This document shows, piece by piece, positions 39,652-49,254 of a stretch of 64,000 nucleotides of DNA (positions are counted from its first letter, which is position 1; each line of letters begins with the position of its first letter). Both the position numbers and the translations under genes were made by a program. The notes under the pieces are model-generated. The model was not told where the DNA came from. It was given only the letters and a program-made list of their open reading frames with translations, and made no database searches. Source of the DNA: Methanotrichaceae archaeon (GTDB lineage: Archaea > Halobacteriota > Methanosarcinia > Methanotrichales > Methanotrichaceae); contig CAWEXU010000030.1 of the NCBI GenBank assembly GCA_963813075.1, forward strand, positions 384,001 through 448,000. The letters run 5' to 3'.

Positions 39652-40164
39652 TCACTCTGGCATCCACCTACCTGTTGCCTCTCCCTGCACAATCCTTCCA
39701 TCGGCTAGTGTCTCGCTGAAATTTCCCGCCACGCTGCTGCCTTCGGCTGCCAGGCTGAATTCGAGCATTCCTCCGCGGCTGGAATTTATATTCAGAGAAA
39801 CGGCATTGCCGCTCACGGACCCCACTGCCAGCAGCGTCTCCGTCCCATTAAATCCCTTCATGCTCCCCTCGCCGGTAAGATTTGCTCCCGCGCGATTGAG
39901 GATGAGATAGACGCTTCTGGTATCGTTCAGGCTCAGGCTCATCCGGCTCTTTGATCCTCCTGGCGAATTCTGAACGGACAGGGAGCTGGACACAAGGCTC
40001 TGTTTAAGAAACTCATCGTGGCCCTGCATATCGATGTTCATGGCGGAATCGCCCAGGAAATTCGACGAGGTCCCTCCCACGGAGCAGCAGCCAGCCGCTG
40101 CTGCCGATCCATTTGCCAGGGCCAAAAGCACAAAAGTCAATACCGCAATCATTCTTTTCATCAT
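39652..40164 (-). CDS. Secreted protein, beta-barrel paralogue
   Basis: Signal peptide MMKRMIAVLTFVLLALA; C-terminal domain aligns with neighbours. Confidence 0.7.
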   Translation of the reverse strand: MMKRMIAVLTFVLLALANGSAAAAGCCSVGGTSSNFLGDSAMNIDMQGHDEFLKQSLVSSSLSVQNSPGGSKSRMSLSLNDTRSVYLILNRAGANLTGEGSMKGFNGTETLLAVGSVSGNAVSLNINSSRGGMLEFSLAAEGSSVAGNFSETLADGRIVQGEATGRWMPE

Positions 40165-40201
40165 TGTATTCCTTCTTGGACTGCTGCTTTTGTAGATGCT
40201 T

Positions 40202-40807
40202 TTATTGATCCTGCTCGATGGGCTGCCTTTTCCCAGGCTCTGCACCGCTTCCGCATATGATCCTGGTCTTTGGAAGGGGGGAGACGCCGCCAATGAGGTT
40301 TATGTCATCCTCCTGAGCGGCGGAAAGGATCATTCTTCCGGTAACTGTTCCCGATTCAATCTTCTTCCCCCGAGAAAATGTCTCATACTCTCCGGAAACA
40401 AAGCTGCCACTGGCGGAAAGCTGCAGCTTGAAGACCTCCTCACTACCCGGTGGGGTGACGAACACCGTCATACCTTTTTCTCCAACCGATCCGGCGGCAG
40501 TGACATTCAGGCTCGTCCCTTCGCCATTGAGCCTTCCGGAGCCTAAAATCAGCTCTTCCTGCTGAAACATCTCCAGCTCCAGCTGTCCGGCCAGGATGCC
40601 AGACAGATCAAGAGACCAGGTGCCTGTATAGTTCGCCAGAAGAGAAAGCTGGCCGATCTCGGCCGGATTTGCCGCCTCTTTGCCCACCGCCAGAGGAGAG
40701 AGTATTCCCGTGCCCGTGGAGACGGTGCCCATATACCCCTGCGATGCTGCCATGCCCACCAGGGTCATCGTTGCCAGTACCGCCAACAGAATTCTCATCA
40801 ATTCCAT
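40202..40807 (-). CDS. Secreted protein, beta-barrel paralogue
   Basis: Signal peptide; GTWSLDL..LEMFQ..G.G..VTAAGSV..L.L..SGEY. Confidence 0.75.
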   Translation of the reverse strand: MELMRILLAVLATMTLVGMAASQGYMGTVSTGTGILSPLAVGKEAANPAEIGQLSLLANYTGTWSLDLSGILAGQLELEMFQQEELILGSGRLNGEGTSLNVTAAGSVGEKGMTVFVTPPGSEEVFKLQLSASGSFVSGEYETFSRGKKIESGTVTGRMILSAAQEDDINLIGGVSPLPKTRIICGSGAEPGKRQPIEQDQ

Positions 40808-40850
40808 TTAATCACTCCGAGAATATAAAAAAAATTGGCAGATAAGGTCT

Positions 40851-41460
40851 TTATGCTGCCAGACTGACCGGAGCTGTGGCCGCATACGAAGCCAGCAGCT
40901 TTCCAGAGGCTATTCCCGGCTGGATCACGCCCGGAGCGGTATAGATATAGTCCCCGTTCATGGATCCTGGGGTTATAGTCAGGCTCAGCCGATAGAGGCT
41001 CTGGCTGGCCACCGGGGTGACGAACAGAGCCACTCTATCTCCCAGCACCGTGCCGGCGGCAGTGACCTGGGCCAGGACACCTTCTCTCATCAGCACACCA
41101 TAGCCCGATACTGCATCTTGGTTCTGGAACAGATTAAGGATTGAGGTAGCTGGTGGCTGCCCCGGTAAGGGTAAAAGACCAGTTTCCTGCTATCGGCGCA
41201 TATTTTATGGGCACACGGGTCACGGCATTGGGGCTCATCCCCGTCTGTCTGTCAGTATAAAACAGGCTCTCATTCCTGAAGGACAGCGAGGGGTCCTCTC
41301 CCGGGCCATAGACTCCTTCAGTAACCTCCTCTTTTATCTGGCTGCCGGACATCTCCTCGGTGGGAAACACCGGTACCGCATTCACTGGGTCGGCTCCCTG
41401 GGCCGCTGCCGAGAGGCATGCGACCAGGGCCAACGCCATTGCCACAAACTTGAATCCCAT
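40851..41460 (-). CDS. Secreted protein, beta-barrel paralogue, frameshift near 41138
   Basis: Signal peptide; GNWSFTL..NLFQ..GYG..VTAAGTV..NGDY across two frames. Confidence 0.7.
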
Positions 41461-41497
41461 TCTCCTGATACCTCCAGATGATAGCATACCTGGAGGC

Positions 41498-43642
41498 TCA
41501 TAAACCTTGTCTTTTCAAGAAAGAGCGATCATGCTCTGAATTGATAAAAAAATAATTTAAGAACTTTAATCTCTTCGCTCTTTCCACCCTCTGGTAGTGG
41601 CGGTACATGATTCCCAGGGCATCTGCCACCTGCTCCGGGGTCGAGAAGACCGGTATTCCTGCCTTCTCCATCTTGATCACCCCGGGCATCATAAACTCCT
41701 TTCCGGCAACGCAGGCGATGATGGGCTTTCCCTTGTAGTCGATGCTCTTCAGGGCATCAACGTAGCTGTCTAAGATCTCCGCCTGGAGGATGACGATGAA
41801 GCTGCCCACGTCTTCGCTATCGACGCCAATCTCTATGGTGCTCTTCACAATCCTGGCATCCTGGCTGAAGGTGTAGTCCACTGGATTCATGCCGCAGACG
41901 TAGTCAGGCAAAAGATCCATAAGTCTCTCTTTCAGGGGCTCTTCCAGCTCGGAGAGGCGCATGCCGTTATCGGTGATGGCATCAGCGGCGATCACTCCCA
42001 AGGAGCCGGCATAGGTTATGATGAACACCCCCTCCCGGTCCGGCAGTGGCTGCTTGGATATGGCCCTTGCCAGGTTGAACATATGCTCGTAGTCCCGGGC
42101 GCGGATGATACCCGACTGGCGGAATACCGAGCTGAAGATCTGGTCGTTTCCGGCCAGGGATGCAGTATGGGATGCCACAGCCTTCTTTCCCGCCTCGGTC
42201 CGGCCGGACTTGAGCACCACTATGGGTTTATCCATGGTGATCTGCCGGGCCAGGTCTATGAAGCGCCTGCCCCCTTTCACCGACTCCAGGTACATGCAGA
42301 TGACATTGATTTTCTCGTCTTTGCTCACCGCCTCCATGATATCGGTCTCATTGATGTCCAATTTATTGCCGATGGTGGCGATGATGCCGAAGTCCATGAT
42401 ATGGCGCAGCCCCCAGAGCATCCCGGCAGCACAAACCCCGGCCTGGGAGACCAGGCCGATATTGCCCTGGCTTAAGGCATCCACAATCCCTATGGACTGC
42501 ACCATGCTGCAGTGGGTATTGATGATCCCGGAGCAGTTCGGCCCCAGCAATCGCACCCCGTACTTATCGGCGATCTCTTTCATCTGCAGTTCGATCTTCT
42601 TGCCCTCCGGCCCCAGCTCGGCAAACCCCGCCGACTCGACCACGATATAGCGCACGCCGCACTGGCAGCACTCCTCCACCACATCTGCAGTCATGCCTGC
42701 GGAGACCAGGATGATGGCCACATCCACCGGCTCGTGCACAGCGCTGATCCGGGGATAGGCTTTGATGCCCTGGATCTCATCTGCCCGGGGATTGATGGGG
42801 TAGAGCATACCCTTAAACCCGTGGCTGACCAGATTGTTGAAAACATTCCAGCCCAGCTTGCCGGGAGTGCCGGATGCCCCGATCACGGCAATGCTCTGGG
42901 GGTAGAAGAGGTCATGCAGGTCCTGCTTTTCCTTCCCGGCGGGGGGGCTTGCCCTGGGCTCGCCCAGGATGATGCGAGCGTCGACCACGGTGTATCCATC
43001 GGGATAGAGGAACACGGGATTCAGGTCCATCTCCCGTATACTGGGCTCTGAGTCCACATAATCTGATATTTTCATCAGCAGATCCTTCAAGGCCTCGATA
43101 TCCGCACTGTGGCCCCGGCTGCCCTTTAAGAGGGTATAGCCCCGGATCTCCTCGATCATCTCCCCTGCATCCGAACGGGTGATGGGAATGGAGCGGAAGC
43201 TGACATCCTTCAAGACCTCGACGAATACCCCGCCCAGGCCGAACATCAGAACCGGCCCGAAGGTGGGGTCATTTGCCACTCCCACGATGGCCTCTATTCC
43301 CGGCGGGGCCATCCTCTGAACCGATATGCCCTCCACCGGCCTTCCCTGGAATGCGCTGGCTATGTCCCTGTAACCCTTCCGGACCTCTTTTTCATCAATC
43401 AATTGGAGCTTGACCCCTCCTGCATCGGATTTATGGATGACGTCCGAAGAGAGGACCTTCAAGGCGACGGGCGAGTCCAGGGACTTGAATATATCCACTG
43501 CCTCATCCTCTGACCTTGCCACTCTGGATCCGGTGGTCCTGATTCCCAGCTCCTCTAAAATGGCCTTGCTCTCGTTCTCCATAAGATAGCTTCTGTCTTC
43601 CCGCTTTGCTCTATCCATGATGTCTTTGATTAGTCCTGCCAT
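41498..43642 (-). CDS. Acetate/acyl-CoA ligase (ADP-forming) family, fused beta-alpha domain order
   Basis: N-terminal ATP-grasp (HKSDAGGV, DPTFGPVLMFGLGG, DLNP), then CoA-binding (SIAVIGAS, GPNC) and phospho-His motif SHTASLAG. Confidence 0.92.
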   Translation of the reverse strand: MAGLIKDIMDRAKREDRSYLMENESKAILEELGIRTTGSRVARSEDEAVDIFKSLDSPVALKVLSSDVIHKSDAGGVKLQLIDEKEVRKGYRDIASAFQGRPVEGISVQRMAPPGIEAIVGVANDPTFGPVLMFGLGGVFVEVLKDVSFRSIPITRSDAGEMIEEIRGYTLLKGSRGHSADIEALKDLLMKISDYVDSEPSIREMDLNPVFLYPDGYTVVDARIILGEPRASPPAGKEKQDLHDLFYPQSIAVIGASGTPGKLGWNVFNNLVSHGFKGMLYPINPRADEIQGIKAYPRISAVHEPVDVAIILVSAGMTADVVEECCQCGVRYIVVESAGFAELGPEGKKIELQMKEIADKYGVRLLGPNCSGIINTHCSMVQSIGIVDALSQGNIGLVSQAGVCAAGMLWGLRHIMDFGIIATIGNKLDINETDIMEAVSKDEKINVICMYLESVKGGRRFIDLARQITMDKPIVVLKSGRTEAGKKAVASHTASLAGNDQIFSSVFRQSGIIRARDYEHMFNLARAISKQPLPDREGVFIITYAGSLGVIAADAITDNGMRLSELEEPLKERLMDLLPDYVCGMNPVDYTFSQDARIVKSTIEIGVDSEDVGSFIVILQAEILDSYVDALKSIDYKGKPIIACVAGKEFMMPGVIKMEKAGIPVFSTPEQVADALGIMYRHYQRVERAKRLKFLNYFFINSEHDRSFLKRQGL

Positions 43643-43723
43643 TTTCAACCCCTGATTGCCCATTTTTCGTTATCGCTTTGCCCATCAATTGAAGGGACGT
43701 TATTTTAAGAATACGCCCCATAG

Positions 43724-43815
43724 CTAAATTTTTCGTTCATTACATGGTACGGCCTCACATGCCAACATAGAAATGTCTCCAATTAGCACTGAGTTCGTCC
43801 TAAATTTTTCGTTCA
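43724..43815. promoter_or_regulatory. 16-bp direct repeat CTAAATTTTTCGTTCA (43724 and 43800) upstream of the acyl-CoA ligase
   Basis: Exact repeat, 76 bp apart; reads TGAACGAAAAATTTAG (BRE/TATA-like) on the gene strand. Confidence 0.5.
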
Positions 43816-43909
43816 GAAAATGATCGATCTATAAAAAAGTGAGAAGGATTTACGATGTGCTGCGTTCAATAAAGAAATTAAGAGTTGCCGGTTTGGCTAT
43901 TCTCTCAGC

Positions 43910-44173
43910 TCACCAGCAGCCCCAGGAGTCAGCAGGATCGGTGCTGAAGAATGACCATATGCCGATGCTCCAGCTTGTTGAAGTTCTCGATGCAGATCCG
44001 CCGCTGCAGATATTTGGCATAAGACCGGTTGTTGTCGGCACAGTGACCGATGGAATGGCACACCAGGATGGCGAGCTGGTGCTGATCGAATTTTGAGCGC
44101 AGGCGACACTCATGCTCCCCGAAATTGCCATCAAGAGCAATACGAGTGCAAATAGCCATATTTTCAAAGACAT
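43910..44173 (-). CDS. Small secreted Ser/Thr/Trp/Cys-rich protein
   Basis: GGAGG SD, signal-peptide-like N-terminus, 87 aa. Confidence 0.5.
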   Translation of the reverse strand: MSLKIWLFALVLLLMAISGSMSVACAQNSISTSSPSWCAIPSVTVPTTTGLMPNICSGGSASRTSTSWSIGIWSFFSTDPADSWGCW

Positions 44174-44302
44174 TTCCAGAAGGCCTCCAATTAGATTATT
44201 AATGTTTAATTATGATTTTCCTCCCTATTATACTTATTGGTAGTATGCCAGACCGCAAATGGAAGCGATGATCTTATCTCAGATAAAAGGCCATTATCTC
44301 TC

Positions 44303-45046
44303 ATGGAAAAGGATATTGTCCAGGTCATCCTTGAGAAGGAGCTTTCTGTCAAGAACCCCATTTTGATAGAGGGATTCCCGGGAATAGGCCTGGTAGGGAA
44401 CATCGCCAGCCAGTACATCGTCAACGACCTTAAGATGACCTACGTCGGGGCCATGAACTCCAAATACTTCCCGCCACTGGCAGTCCTTCTGGGCGGGGTG
44501 GTGAACATGCCCGTTCGCATCTATGAGGATGCAAACAAGGGCCTGGTGGTTCTCACCGCCGATATACCCGTTCATCCCCTGGCCTCATATGATGTTGGAA
44601 GGGAGATCGTGGCCTGGGCGGAGTCCATCAATGTCAAGGAATTGATCTGCCTGGCAGGAATAACCGTGATGGACGATCAGAACCGGGTCTTCGGCGCTGT
44701 GAGCCGCCCTGAGCTGCTGGATAGGATAAAGGGGAAGGCAGAGATCTTCGAGGTCGGGACGATCACCGGAATCACCGGCAGCATAATGAACGAGTGCCGC
44801 ATAAGAAACCTGCCCGCTGTCTGCCTCCTGGGGGAGACGGCGTCCGCAGAGCCTGATCCCAGATCGGCAATCGCAGCCATAGATACCATAAACAAGATCT
44901 ATGACCTGGGGGTGAACACTGCCAAGCTCGCGGAGCAGGCAGAGGAGATCGAGGTGCAGATGGCTCAGCTGGCCCAGCAGATGAAAGCGGCCTCGCCCGA
45001 GGAACAGCAGACCCAGATGCCCAAAGAGTTCCCAATGTACGGGTGA
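44303..45046 (+). CDS. Proteasome assembly chaperone (PAC2) family protein
   Basis: LIEGFPGIGLVG.IA, PVRIY, G.I.GITG and PDPRSA motifs. Confidence 0.9.
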   Translation: MEKDIVQVILEKELSVKNPILIEGFPGIGLVGNIASQYIVNDLKMTYVGAMNSKYFPPLAVLLGGVVNMPVRIYEDANKGLVVLTADIPVHPLASYDVGREIVAWAESINVKELICLAGITVMDDQNRVFGAVSRPELLDRIKGKAEIFEVGTITGITGSIMNECRIRNLPAVCLLGETASAEPDPRSAIAAIDTINKIYDLGVNTAKLAEQAEEIEVQMAQLAQQMKAASPEEQQTQMPKEFPMYG

Positions 45047-45052
45047 TGCCAG

Positions 45053-45442
45053 ATGATTTACACAAGCCTAACCGGATTATCCAGAAATGTGATAAAGGAG
45101 ATTCAAGTCGCCAGAGTGAGGACCGTGGAGATCAGGAGCCCGAACAACTTCTTTGCCATCTCCGGCTGCCAGCCCGGGGAAAGGATCTTCGTCACCGATT
45201 CGAGCGCTCTTGATGTCGTCCCAGGCACAACCGGCCTGATCACCAGCATAAAGGCTCTGCAACTCATAACCCACCGAACCATCCAGTCCGGAGAGAACTA
45301 TTATGAAGAGAGCGAGTCTCAGGCGGCCAGGCTGCAGCTGCAGCTGGTGGGCGTCGGTCGGGTGAGGAGGATCGCCTCCATTGAGCCGGGAACGCCCCTG
45401 ACCCTGGACGTGGATGAGGTAAGGTACTGCGGAGCGCGATAG
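45053..45442 (+). CDS. DUF473-like conserved archaeal protein
   Basis: LTG.S..VI..RT.EIRS..N..G..F.T pattern. Confidence 0.7.
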   Translation: MIYTSLTGLSRNVIKEIQVARVRTVEIRSPNNFFAISGCQPGERIFVTDSSALDVVPGTTGLITSIKALQLITHRTIQSGENYYEESESQAARLQLQLVGVGRVRRIASIEPGTPLTLDVDEVRYCGAR

Positions 45443-45480
45443 AGCCTCCCTTTTTTTAGATAGGAGCGATAGCTTTTGCC

Positions 45481-46932
45481 ATGAAGGTCCTTTTGGTCAC
45501 TGGAAGGCTGGCATCCGGGCAGGTCAAAAGATGTGCCTGTGGCGCAGATGTGCTGGTGGCGGATGTTGATGTAGCGGCATTTATCACTCCGGAGATGCTC
45601 TGCCGGGCGGCCCCTTGTGGATACGACATGATACTGATTCCCGGGGCCATAACCGCCGATTTCCGAGATGCTGAGAAGGCTCTTGGCACCAGGATCCGCC
45701 TGGGGCCGAAGCATGCCATAGACCTGACATCTATCCTGCCCTGCCTGGATGAGGTCGAGCTCTCCACCACCGTTCCCGCCTGTGCCCTGATGGGGGAGAA
45801 AAGAAGTAAGGAGGCCATAATTCAGTTGGAAGGGCTGGAAGCCAGCGCTTCTTGCCAGTTAACCCTTAAAGGGGTCAAGATCGGGGGCAGCTCGCGGATG
45901 AAGGTCCTGGCGGAGATCGTCGATGCCACCCGGCTTGATGATCTGGCCCTTAGAGAGAAGATCAGATACTTCGAGGGTCAGGGGGCTGACCTGATCGACC
46001 TGGGGGCATCTTTGGATGCCACTCCTGCCTGCATCAAAAGGGCTCTTGAGACGGCAAAAGAGGCTACCCTTCTTCCCATAAGCATAGACGCCGTCCGGCC
46101 GGAGCTTATCTTTGCCGGCATCGAGGCCGGGGCGGACATGATACTGAGCCTTAACGGCGAGAACCTCCCCCTGGTGGGAAGAACAGTGGCCGAAGCGGGC
46201 ATACCGGCGGTGGTCATACCTGGGCCCGGATCGGTCACATTGGAAGAGAACCTGGCCCGGGCGAGAGGTTATTCAATCCAGGCGATTGCCGATCCGGTTC
46301 TCGATCCGCCCCTGATGGGCCTGGCCCGGTCACTGAATAGATACATCCACTTCCGGGACTCTGAGCCCGATGTCCCACTATTTTTCGGGGTGGGCAATGT
46401 CACTGAGCTCATGGATGCCGACAGTCCTGGGGCCAATCTCCTTTTATCCGTCCTGGGCTCGGAGGTGGGGGCCTCTTTGCTCTTCACTCCCGAGTACAGC
46501 GCCAAAGCGATGGGCTCCATCCACGAGCTGGCCGTGGCCTCGAGGATGGTCGTCCTTGCCCAGTGCCGCCAGACCCCTCCCAAGGATCTGGGACTGGACC
46601 TGTTGATCCTCAAGGAGAAGAGGAGGATTTTCGAGGAACCCCCTCCCGGAGCAGTGGTAGAGGCCTCAAAAGAGCATGAGTACCAGCCGGATTCTGCCGG
46701 AAGCTTCAGGATCCTCCTCTCCGGGGGAAAGATCCTGGCAATAAATGGCAAGATCACTGTGGCCGGCACCAGCGCGCGGGATATTCTCAACACCCTCATC
46801 GACCTGGGATTGGTAAGCAGGCTCGACCATGCCGGCTATCTGGGCCGGGAGCTGGAGCGGGCCCAGATCGCCCTTCAACTCGATCGGAGCTATATCCAGG
46901 ACGAGCCTCTCTGGCAGAGAAAGGTTAAATAA
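45481..46932 (+). CDS. Dihydropteroate synthase-like protein
   Basis: LLVTG.LA, GPKHA.D, AEIVDA, G.GNVTEL.DADS.G.N and HA.YLGREL motifs. Confidence 0.88.
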   Translation: MKVLLVTGRLASGQVKRCACGADVLVADVDVAAFITPEMLCRAAPCGYDMILIPGAITADFRDAEKALGTRIRLGPKHAIDLTSILPCLDEVELSTTVPACALMGEKRSKEAIIQLEGLEASASCQLTLKGVKIGGSSRMKVLAEIVDATRLDDLALREKIRYFEGQGADLIDLGASLDATPACIKRALETAKEATLLPISIDAVRPELIFAGIEAGADMILSLNGENLPLVGRTVAEAGIPAVVIPGPGSVTLEENLARARGYSIQAIADPVLDPPLMGLARSLNRYIHFRDSEPDVPLFFGVGNVTELMDADSPGANLLLSVLGSEVGASLLFTPEYSAKAMGSIHELAVASRMVVLAQCRQTPPKDLGLDLLILKEKRRIFEEPPPGAVVEASKEHEYQPDSAGSFRILLSGGKILAINGKITVAGTSARDILNTLIDLGLVSRLDHAGYLGRELERAQIALQLDRSYIQDEPLWQRKVK

Positions 46933-46955
46933 TAATTATTGTTGAGGGAAAGAGG

Positions 46956-47813
46956 ATGAATCAGAAGGCTTTCGCTATCTTCGTAGGCGTTCTTATGGTG
47001 CTCTCTGGAATTGCGTACTTCCTGCCCATAGGCACCAATAACAGCGAGATTGTCGTACCGTCAACTAACGATTCCCTGGAGACATTTCAGGTTAAGGGTA
47101 GCCTGGTGGAGTGGAGCTTCGATGGACTGGGAGATGTCCTGGAGATGGCACCGCAGAGCACAGATATGGCATACTGGATTGACATCAACTCATCGCAGAA
47201 CCTAACCTCTGCGGCGAGGATGGCCCTGCCCCAGTCCATCGGCCTGACCTATGGGAACCAGCTTTACACCACCCAGATCGAAAGGCTGGCGGAGATCCGT
47301 TTCAACAATACCTGGGCGGAGTTCCACTGGATCCGGCCTTATCCTCTGGCCTACGACGGCCTGGTCATACCCCATGATGGCTATATGATGATCCCCGTGG
47401 GCACGGACTATGCCATGGTCATGGGCAGGCCCACTCTGTTCGGGCCGCAAGAGGGAATAAAGCAGTCACTGGATGTGATATCAGGAGGCCAGCCGGCAGA
47501 AGACTTCACCCTGGTTAATGATAGCGAAGCTGATCTGCAGGTAGCAGCTCTTGGTCGCGGAGGGAGGAGTATGCCTTTAGCCGGCGGGTATAAGGAGTTC
47601 AACCTCATGGTTACTGAATCCCAGGATCGGGCGGATGGTTTTGATATCGTCTCCCGCATTCTCCAGCCGACCGCAGATACGAGTAGTAAGATAAAGGACC
47701 TGGCCGAAAAGAGCGATCTGGAGTATTCTGCCCGTGGATCGGAAGGAGAATTGTCCGGATTTGTACCTGGGACAAATATCCAGGATGTGCTGATGGCACT
47801 TCTTGGACCCTAG
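46956..47813 (+). CDS. Membrane-anchored hypothetical protein
   Basis: N-terminal TM, long ORF with host codon usage. Confidence 0.75.
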   Translation: MNQKAFAIFVGVLMVLSGIAYFLPIGTNNSEIVVPSTNDSLETFQVKGSLVEWSFDGLGDVLEMAPQSTDMAYWIDINSSQNLTSAARMALPQSIGLTYGNQLYTTQIERLAEIRFNNTWAEFHWIRPYPLAYDGLVIPHDGYMMIPVGTDYAMVMGRPTLFGPQEGIKQSLDVISGGQPAEDFTLVNDSEADLQVAALGRGGRSMPLAGGYKEFNLMVTESQDRADGFDIVSRILQPTADTSSKIKDLAEKSDLEYSARGSEGELSGFVPGTNIQDVLMALLGP

Positions 47814-47925
47814 CGCAACCTTTTTACATGTGGAACTAATGGCAGATCTAGTCTTAAGGTATGATCCAAGAGGCGCTTTTGCGATGAATGATGATGGGCA
47901 CCGTTGCCCGGAAGGAGAATAAATT

Positions 47926-48294
47926 ATGGCAAGACCAATATATGTAAGGTTTGATGTTCCAGCAGATCTGGCTACCAAATCCCTTGAAGCCCTTGAGATG
48001 GCTCGCGATACCGGCAGAATAAAGAAGGGGACTAACGAGGCCACCAAGGCCATTGAGAGGGGTGTAGCCCGTCTGGTTATCGTCGGTGAGGATGTTCAGC
48101 CTCCTGAGATCGTAGCTCATATTCCCGCTCTATGCGAAGAGAAGAAGACTCCCTATATCTATGTCAAGAAGCAGAGCGAGCTTGGCGCCGCCGCAGGTTT
48201 GGGCGTGAAGAGCGCAGCTGCGGCCATAGTGGAGCCGGGAAAAGGAAAAGATCTGGTGGATGAGATCGTCCAGAAAGTTGGATCATTGAAGTAG
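47926..48294 (+). CDS. rpl7ae: 50S ribosomal protein L7Ae
   Basis: [24 protein letters not shown]. Confidence 0.98.
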   Translation: MARPIYVRFDVPADLATKSLEALEMARDTGRIKKGTNEATKAIERGVARLVIVGEDVQPPEIVAHIPALCEEKKTPYIYVKKQSELGAAAGLGVKSAAAAIVEPGKGKDLVDEIVQKVGSLK

Positions 48295-48304
48295 GTGATA
48301 TCCG

Positions 48305-48517
48305 ATGGAGGATGATAGCGGAATACCGGCGGAGGTCATCGAGGTAATCGGCGTCACTGGCATGCATGGGGAAGCAATGCAGATCAAGTGCCGCATTCTT
48401 GAGGGAAATAACAAGGGGCGAATCATCACCAGGAACAGCATGGGGCCCATAAGAATCGGCGATATCCTTATGCTGCTGGAGACGGCGAGAGAGGCAAAGA
48501 AGCTTACCAGCAGGTGA
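48305..48517 (+). CDS. rps28e: 30S ribosomal protein S28e
   Basis: [35 protein letters not shown]. Confidence 0.97.
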   Translation: MEDDSGIPAEVIEVIGVTGMHGEAMQIKCRILEGNNKGRIITRNSMGPIRIGDILMLLETAREAKKLTSR

Positions 48518-48522
48518 AGTAG

Positions 48523-48693
48523 ATGGAAGAGAGAAAGTGCAGCTTCTGCAATAGGACCATCGAGCCGGGCACGGGAAAGCTCTATGCCAAGAAGGATGGA
48601 ACGGTATTTTACTTCTGCTCTGCCAAATGCGAGAACAACGTGGCCCTTGGCCGGGTGACGAGAAGGATAAAGTGGGCCCGCAAGGGGGCATAA
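48523..48693 (+). CDS. rpl24e: 50S ribosomal protein L24e (56 aa, missing from the ORF track)
   Basis: [41 protein letters not shown]. Confidence 0.96.
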   Translation: MEERKCSFCNRTIEPGTGKLYAKKDGTVFYFCSAKCENNVALGRVTRRIKWARKGA

Positions 48694-48699
48694 GGCCTG

Positions 48700-49155
48700 G
48701 TGGATATAGAGAGAACATTCATCATGGTCAAGCCCGATGGCGTCCAGCGGGGCCTGGTGGGCATGATCCTGCAGAGAATCGAGGCGAAAGGCTTCAAGAT
48801 CGTGGCCATGAAGCTGGCCCGGATGCCTGAGGAGAAGGCCAAAGAGCATTATGCGGAGCATGTGGGCAAGAAGTTCTACCAGGATCTGGTGGACTTCATC
48901 ACCTCTGGGCCCTCCGTCTCCCTGGTGGTCGAGGGCAAAGGGGCCATTGCCGCCATGAGGAAGATGAACGGCGCTACAAATCCTGTGGATGCCGTCCCGG
49001 GAACCATTCGCGGTGACTGGGGGATCGAGATGGGACGGAATGTGGTGCACGGCTCAGACTCCCCGGCATCGGCCTCTCGCGAGATCGCTCTTCACTTCGA
49101 ACCGTTCGAGCTGGTCGAATACAAGCGAATAGATGAAGAATGGCTCTACGAGTAG
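48700..49155 (+). CDS. ndk: Nucleoside diphosphate kinase
   Basis: ERTF.MVKPDGVQRGLVG, PGTIRGD and NVVHGSDS motifs. Confidence 0.98.
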   Translation: MDIERTFIMVKPDGVQRGLVGMILQRIEAKGFKIVAMKLARMPEEKAKEHYAEHVGKKFYQDLVDFITSGPSVSLVVEGKGAIAAMRKMNGATNPVDAVPGTIRGDWGIEMGRNVVHGSDSPASASREIALHFEPFELVEYKRIDEEWLYE

Positions 49156-49254
49156 CTCCTGGCAGAAGCCATCTGCCAGGCTCTCATGGGAGCCTTTAAA
49201 TTCTCAAAAAATAAATTGCTTTTTTAAGGCTAATTCTCTGAGAAGCGATCTTTC

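Noticed and set aside
38297..39708. Long alternative-frame and antisense ORFs over srp54 (also over infB, the acyl-CoA ligase and the thermosome)
   Set aside because: Shadow ORFs expected from GC-rich codon bias; no motifs.
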